Positions 6,776-11,753 of a stretch of 11,753 nucleotides of DNA are shown here, piece after piece (position 1 is the stretch's first letter; every line of letters begins with the position of its first letter). Made by a program: the position numbers and the translations under genes. This DNA is from a bacterium (GTDB lineage Bacteria > Babelota > Babeliae > Babelales > JAUWHS01): contig JBDRFY010000010.1 of assembly GCA_043818275.1 (NCBI GenBank), positions 1 through 11,753 on the forward strand, in the 5' to 3' direction. The notes under the pieces are model-generated. The model had not been told where the DNA came from and made no database searches. It worked only from the letters and a program-made list of their open reading frames with translations.

Positions 6776-7357
6776 ATGGAACCACTTGCATTAGCTGAGG
6801 GAGATACGAAAAGTTTTGAAACAAGAGTAGAAATGGATATGGAAAATCCAATTATCCACTACGAAAAAGAACTGGCAACAATTAGAACCGGAAGGGCAAG
6901 TACAAAACTAGTTGAAGATATAAAAATTGAAGCGTATGGACAACAAATGAGGTTGAAAGAACTCGCGACTCTTACAGCGCCTGAAGCAAGTCTAATCACA
7001 ATTCAACCTTGGGATAAAACAATCATAATGGAAATTGAAAAAGGAATAACAGCTTCAGATTTAGGAGTAACCCCAATAAATGACGGAGCAATTATTCGAA
7101 TTCAATTACCAAAAATGAGTTCTGAAAGACGCGAAGAATTAAATAAAATTTTAAGTAAAAAAACAGAAGAATGTAAAATTGGCGTCCGTAATGTTCGCAA
7201 AGATTATCATAATCTGATTCGCGAAACTGAAAAAAAACATGACATTTCTGAAGATTTTGCAAAAAGATTAACTGATGTTTTGCAAAAAATTACAGATAAA
7301 TTCATTAAAAAGGCAGATGAGCTTAACGACAGAAAAGCAAACGAAATAAAATTCTAA
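6776..7357 (+). CDS. frr: Ribosome recycling factor
   Basis: IRTGRA, AYG, IQPWDK, IEKGITASDLGVTPINDG, LPKMSSERREEL, and VRNVRKD. AAGGA RBS at the end of pyrH. Confidence 0.96.
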   Translation: MEPLALAEGDTKSFETRVEMDMENPIIHYEKELATIRTGRASTKLVEDIKIEAYGQQMRLKELATLTAPEASLITIQPWDKTIIMEIEKGITASDLGVTPINDGAIIRIQLPKMSSERREELNKILSKKTEECKIGVRNVRKDYHNLIRETEKKHDISEDFAKRLTDVLQKITDKFIKKADELNDRKANEIKF

Positions 7358-7364
7358 TTCTTTT

Positions 7365-7393
7365 ATGGGCAGGTTAAAAACCTGCCCATTTTT
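7365..7393 (+). terminator. Rho-independent terminator of tsf-pyrH-frr
   Basis: Perfect 11-bp stem ATGGGCAGGTT / AACCTGCCCAT with an AAA loop, followed by TTTT, 7 bp after the frr stop. Confidence 0.85.
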
Positions 7394-7425
7394 CTAAATT
7401 ATTCCTTTTCCATACTTTAAATCCT

Positions 7426-7457
7426 TATAATCATAGATGTTAATCTAAAAAAGGGAG
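7426..7457 (+). promoter_or_regulatory. Candidate -10 box and RBS for the downstream three-gene cluster
   Basis: TATAAT at 7426-7431 and AAGGGAG at 7451-7457. No convincing -35 box at 17 bp. Confidence 0.35.
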
Positions 7458-7464
7458 AATCTTT

Positions 7465-8139
7465 ATGGAAAAAATATTCAAAATTTTAATCTGTATTTTA
7501 TCAATTAACCTTTTTGCTAACGCAGAAACATCACATATTCCTTTAAGCGAAACAATTAAAAGTCAGATAGAAATTTCAAGTAATGACCTGCTATCATTTT
7601 TTGAAAAAGAAACAGAATATATTCTACGTACACAACGTATGTCAGAAGAACAAATATCTGAAATAACAAAACAAATTTCGGATGAAATTCAAACTAAATT
7701 TCCCACATACAGAACAGCTTTAAGCTTAATGTATTTCATAAATGATACAGTTGCGCCTTCCTTTAAAAAAATCACAGGAATTTCACTAACGGTTAATAAA
7801 GTCAAAATGGAAAAAAATCAATTTATTTTAGTTTTGGATTGCGAAATTCAAAAACAACAATTTTTAAAATGGTCAACATATAAATTGACTTCAGGTCTTT
7901 TATTCGCCGGCAAACAAGTTTTCGTAGCTGTCTTCGACTCTGCTAAACCCTTAATTCAGATGTATATCTGGACGTATTACATTTACCCTCGCATATATAA
8001 ATATATGTTAAATAACCCAAACCTCGTTATAAAATATCTATGGCTTAAAACCTTATATAATCTGTATTCTGAACCGGTAGAAACAGCGCGTTATGTTTTA
8101 TCATGGGTACCTTTGATATCCAAATTATGGTGGAAATAA
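7465..8139 (+). CDS. Hypothetical protein with N-terminal signal peptide
   Basis: Strong RBS. MEKIFKILICILSINLFANA|ETS fits a Sec signal with an A-x-A cleavage site. Aromatic/hydrophobic C-terminal third. No family recognised. Confidence 0.75.
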   Translation: MEKIFKILICILSINLFANAETSHIPLSETIKSQIEISSNDLLSFFEKETEYILRTQRMSEEQISEITKQISDEIQTKFPTYRTALSLMYFINDTVAPSFKKITGISLTVNKVKMEKNQFILVLDCEIQKQQFLKWSTYKLTSGLLFAGKQVFVAVFDSAKPLIQMYIWTYYIYPRIYKYMLNNPNLVIKYLWLKTLYNLYSEPVETARYVLSWVPLISKLWWK

Positions 8140-8144
8140 TTAAA

Positions 8145-9281
8145 ATGAAAAATTCAATTAAAATAATAATTATATCTATAACCATATCATTTTTTAAAAT
8201 TTCTCAACCAATAATAATTATTCAACCTGTTGAAATTGATAATTTTTTAGAAAATACTTTAGGGATTAATGCAACAGAAGAATTCGAAAAAATAACATCA
8301 GAAGAAATGCCAACATTAAAAACAAAATCATCTTACTTGAAAACAAAAGAAAGTTTATTTGAGTCTACAGAAAAAAGCAAGAAAGAATGGGAAGAATTTG
8401 AAACAAAACATGAATTCCCAGGTAATTCTTTAAAAAGAATTGAAGGATTAAAAACCAAAATAGAAAAACAATTTAATAAATTTATTGATTCACTAAAAGA
8501 AAAAAAAATAAAAGATATAACTATTTTTTTAAAAAATATTGGTTTTAATGATAAAGATAAATATGGGTATACAATCCAAATAAGCGAAATAGGAAAAATC
8601 CCTAAAGACTTCAAAAATACAAAAACAATAGAAAAAACAACTAATATAAAAATTCTTACAGCTATCAAAGATGCTATATTATCTTATTTGGATGAAAACA
8701 ATTTAGTTAAAAGAATAAGTTCTGGTAAAGGTCAAAAATTTACTGGAGAACCTGAAAACAGTGAGAGAGATGAATACATTTATTCTATGCCTGAAGTTAT
8801 AATTGTTTTAGAACAACAAAATAATACAATTAATATTTATTATTATCCAACAGCGAACCAAAGCAAGCTAAAATTAACAGAATTAGAAGCACCTAAACCA
8901 GAACCCGGCTTTTTTAAAAAAGCATTCATGCTTTTTTTAGCAGCAAACGTAGCATTACAAGAAGGCGCAAAAGTTTATTCCACAATCCAGTCCGTAAAAA
9001 AATTACGTGAAATGCAACCAACAGAAATAAATTCAAAAGATCTTTTTACAAAATACGACCTTGATCCCGCAAATCCCAAAGAATTTGAAAGAGTGATGAG
9101 AAAGATTCTTCTAAAATATCATCCAGATAAAAACAAAGAACCGGATGCAGCAGAAAAATATATGGAAATTATGCAAGATAGAGAAACAATGCGGGAATAC
9201 TTAGATAAAATACAAAAACCTGTTCAAGAAAAAACATCTTCCCCCGAAACAGAATATCAATACGCCAGAAGTTTATCTTAA
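8145..9281 (+). CDS. Signal-peptide protein with C-terminal J (DnaJ) domain, 378 aa
   Basis: Start moved to ATG 8145 (MKNSIKIIIISITISFFKISQP), which removes the overlap with the upstream gene. C-terminal ...KEFERVMRKILLKYHPDKNKEPDAAEKYMEIMQ has the J-domain HPD motif and flanking helices. Hydrophobic stretch FFKKAFMLFLAANVAL precedes it. Confidence 0.78.
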   Translation: MKNSIKIIIISITISFFKISQPIIIIQPVEIDNFLENTLGINATEEFEKITSEEMPTLKTKSSYLKTKESLFESTEKSKKEWEEFETKHEFPGNSLKRIEGLKTKIEKQFNKFIDSLKEKKIKDITIFLKNIGFNDKDKYGYTIQISEIGKIPKDFKNTKTIEKTTNIKILTAIKDAILSYLDENNLVKRISSGKGQKFTGEPENSERDEYIYSMPEVIIVLEQQNNTINIYYYPTANQSKLKLTELEAPKPEPGFFKKAFMLFLAANVALQEGAKVYSTIQSVKKLREMQPTEINSKDLFTKYDLDPANPKEFERVMRKILLKYHPDKNKEPDAAEKYMEIMQDRETMREYLDKIQKPVQEKTSSPETEYQYARSLS

Positions 9282-9320
9282 TTTTTCATAAATACTTATA
9301 AACAAAGAAAGAAGAATAAA

Positions 9321-11753
9321 ATGTTAAAAAAAGCTTTTAAGTTAATTGTTTTTACTTTTTTTATAAGTATTAAAATTCTGCCAATGCTGACAGAATATCA
9401 ACCATCAGTTCCAACACCTTACCAACCACCGGCATACATATCTTCTCCTTCTTATGTTGAAGGGATAAGAACAAGTCAACAACAAAAACTTGAAAATCAA
9501 ATAGCAGAAATAGCTAAAGCTTTTGGTTACAAACATGCAAATTTAAAGGCTATGGATGAAATTAGTCAAGTTCTACAAAAACATTTGAATACTAAATTTA
9601 AAGAATTTAAAGTCACTATTCCTGAATTTGTCGGAATTTCAGATCAAACAACCAAAAATATTCTGAATAAACATAATATTGATATAGAAAATGAATGGGA
9701 AAAAATTTTAGAACCATTATCCATGCAGGATATCGAAAATTTAAATTTGAATGAACCGTTCCTTGAAAAATGTCTGGCTTTATCCGAAAAAATTGAAGCT
9801 GAATTTGCAAATTTAAAACAATTACCTCCAGAATTGCAAACTCTTAAAAAGATCATACTGGCGGCCAAACAGAAAAACAGCCGCTTAATGGTCAGAAGCA
9901 CAGGTAAAGAAGATACAAAAGAACAATCCAATGCCGGAGGAAATGTCAGCATCGCAAATGTTAATCCTGATGAAAAAAGTGTTTTAAATGCTATTGGAAA
10001 AGTTGTAGCTTCTTATTTAAGTGAAAAATCATTACAACAAAGAAAAGATGCTGGTGATAAAACTATTTTTGACGATCCCTTTACTCCTGTATTAATTCAG
10101 GAAATGGCCGGAGAAGAACTTGGAGGCGCAAAAAATACTGATGACATTCCTATTGGATGCGTAGTTTATTCTCAAGAAACTGAAGGAAAACTTGGAAAAG
10201 GCGAAACGATTATTCAAAGCGCTTTTGGACACAATGAATATGTTGTTGATGCCATGGGACCGTTAGATACTTTTTATGTTAAAGGTGAAAATATCGTTAA
10301 CAAAATTATTCAGCCTCAGACAAAACGATTAGTTCCCGTAAAATTTTCTGACGGATCTTTTGGCCTTGAAGAAAAAAATAATCCTGAATCAATACAAGAT
10401 AAACCAACACTTGATGCTGATACTGTACTTGCTATTCACTCTATCATTCAGGATTTACAACAATTTTATGGTTATCCAATTGACGCTGAATTAATTTACG
10501 ATCCAAAAACCAAAACCATTAATATCGTTCAGGCCAGACCTATTGTTTATTCAGTTAAAGAAGAACATGAACCAACCCATCTTTCTAAAAATTTTATTAA
10601 AACTATCAATAAAGATAATTTAATTAACATTAAATCGGTTAGCTCGCCTGATGGAGCTGTTAAAAAAATCTCAGACAACACGGAAATAATATTTGCTCAA
10701 AATTTAAATGACGCGCTCAAAACATTTTTGGCAAAACCAAAAGAAGATATGGATAAGGTTGAAATGGTCCTGGTAACAAAGAACGCCTCTGTAACATCAC
10801 ACCCAGGCGCAATTTTTAGAGGCGCCGGCATTGTTATTGCCATGGGAGATAACGAAGGATTAAAAGAATATCTTGATGAAAACAATTCTCTTTTGGTTGA
10901 CACACAACAGGAGAAAATTATCAAAATCGATTCCCATGGAAAAGAAATAGATACATTAATTCAGGATAAATCAATTCTCCCTGGCTACATAACATATCCT
11001 ATCCCATTGCAGGCAACAGTTATACCAACACTAACGGTAGAAGAAATGTCTTATTTAAAAATGCTGCCCGGCAAAAAAATGGACGACTTAATTTCAATCG
11101 TTAAATCCGGATCATTCCAGGAAACCCAGGATGCTTTGACAACTATAATTTCTGTCATCCAGGAAAATATTCGTAAAAAAATTAACATACTTGAAAAACA
11201 ACCTTTAGATACCCAAACAAAAGTTGCTATTAATAACCTTCAATTGATTGTTAACAATCTCTTGGATATGGAAAAATCTTTAAATAAAGCAGCTCTATTA
11301 AAACCAAACAGTAAAGAACGATTATTTTTAATTAAACCACTGGAAGCTTTAATTTATCAGCAAGAATCTGCTGATATTGTAGGCGGTTATTCATTAAAAA
11401 ATGTTATTGATAAATGGCTCATGGATCAAAAATTTATTAATCTAACTTTAAAACCACTCATCCAACAAAAGAAAATATCTGACAAATTGTTAAGTAACCC
11501 TGGCTTTTTCCATTTCGCTGAAATGGGTGCTGACCAAACATATACAGATGAATTTAAAAATGAATGGATAACATTTGTCGATTCAATTCTTCAAAGTAAT
11601 GACGCGGAACAAACACAACAATTTTTCTACATAATGCAAACAGTTGAAAAGTTAGGAATAATGCCTCAATGGATAAATATTAATTTTAGCGCTGAAATTA
11701 GAAAAAAAGAAAATCCTGAAAAAACTCTTGATAAATTAAACACAGAAATTAAA
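9321..11753 (+). CDS. PEP-synthase/PPDK-family ATP-grasp plus phospho-histidine domain protein with signal peptide (3' end outside the window, >811 aa)
   Basis: My translation is open from ATG 9321 to the window end; it is absent from the ORF track because it has no stop. Motifs in order: FGYKHANL (9522-9545), IPEFVGIS, LMVRSTGKED...SNAGGNVSIANV (from 9885), VLIQEM, FGHNEYVVD, YGYPIDAEL, IVQARPI (QARP at 10530-10541), then VLVTKNASVTSHPGAIFRGAGI (His494 at 10800-10802). Confidence 0.85.
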   Translation, partial: MLKKAFKLIVFTFFISIKILPMLTEYQPSVPTPYQPPAYISSPSYVEGIRTSQQQKLENQIAEIAKAFGYKHANLKAMDEISQVLQKHLNTKFKEFKVTIPEFVGISDQTTKNILNKHNIDIENEWEKILEPLSMQDIENLNLNEPFLEKCLALSEKIEAEFANLKQLPPELQTLKKIILAAKQKNSRLMVRSTGKEDTKEQSNAGGNVSIANVNPDEKSVLNAIGKVVASYLSEKSLQQRKDAGDKTIFDDPFTPVLIQEMAGEELGGAKNTDDIPIGCVVYSQETEGKLGKGETIIQSAFGHNEYVVDAMGPLDTFYVKGENIVNKIIQPQTKRLVPVKFSDGSFGLEEKNNPESIQDKPTLDADTVLAIHSIIQDLQQFYGYPIDAELIYDPKTKTINIVQARPIVYSVKEEHEPTHLSKNFIKTINKDNLINIKSVSSPDGAVKKISDNTEIIFAQNLNDALKTFLAKPKEDMDKVEMVLVTKNASVTSHPGAIFRGAGIVIAMGDNEGLKEYLDENNSLLVDTQQEKIIKIDSHGKEIDTLIQDKSILPGYITYPIPLQATVIPTLTVEEMSYLKMLPGKKMDDLISIVKSGSFQETQDALTTIISVIQENIRKKINILEKQPLDTQTKVAINNLQLIVNNLLDMEKSLNKAALLKPNSKERLFLIKPLEALIYQQESADIVGGYSLKNVIDKWLMDQKFINLTLKPLIQQKKISDKLLSNPGFFHFAEMGADQTYTDEFKNEWITFVDSILQSNDAEQTQQFFYIMQTVEKLGIMPQWININFSAEIRKKENPEKTLDKLNTEIK

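Noticed and set aside
8103..8144. Upstream start for the J-domain gene
   Set aside because: It overlaps the previous gene by 37 nt, whereas ATG 8145 yields a clean signal-peptide N-terminus.
9249..9401. 12-bp direct repeat ACAGAATATCAA (9249-9260, 9390-9401; TEYQ in both proteins)
   Set aside because: Short and A-rich with no flanking similarity, so plausibly chance.
8333..10924. Minus-strand ORFs at 8333-8668, 9616-9810, 9644-9952 and 10697-10924
   Set aside because: Antisense to the J-domain gene or to the long 9321 ORF, which carries clear conserved motifs.
9321..11753. Calling the long ORF ppsA or rph
   Set aside because: It has a signal-like N-terminus and no recognisable pyruvate-binding barrel after the His domain. 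The His domain directly follows the ATP-grasp domain, unlike rifampin phosphotransferase where it is C-terminal.
1..11753. CRISPR array, tRNA or rRNA genes
   Set aside because: No regularly spaced repeats or cloverleaf/rRNA-like segments were seen, and the intergenic gaps are short and AT-rich.

Overview
AT-rich (roughly 30% GC by eye) bacterial chromosomal window. The minus strand carries rpmF - TPR/YfgM-like membrane protein - gltX - fabD - fabG - AAA-ATPase-like gene. The AAA gene is cut at position ~140 by the end of an insertion sequence (TGT terminus with tandem sub-terminal repeats, IS1202/IS481-like) whose putative transposase C-terminus lies at 2-85. Divergently on the plus strand is tsf-pyrH-frr (no rpsB in front), closed by a clear intrinsic terminator. 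Three genes for signal-peptide-bearing proteins follow: a hypothetical, a protein with a C-terminal J-domain, and a >811-aa ORF missing from the ORF track (9321 to window end). That ORF has a PEP-synthase/PPDK-type ATP-grasp domain and a phospho-histidine swivel domain followed by an unrecognised region, i.e. a candidate exported dikinase of unknown substrate. A GC-rich palindromic element also appears to sit in-frame in the zinc-binding loop of gltX. The overall style suggests a host-associated lineage such as Candidatus Dependentiae (TM6/Babelota); this is inference only. No rRNA, tRNA or CRISPR array was seen.
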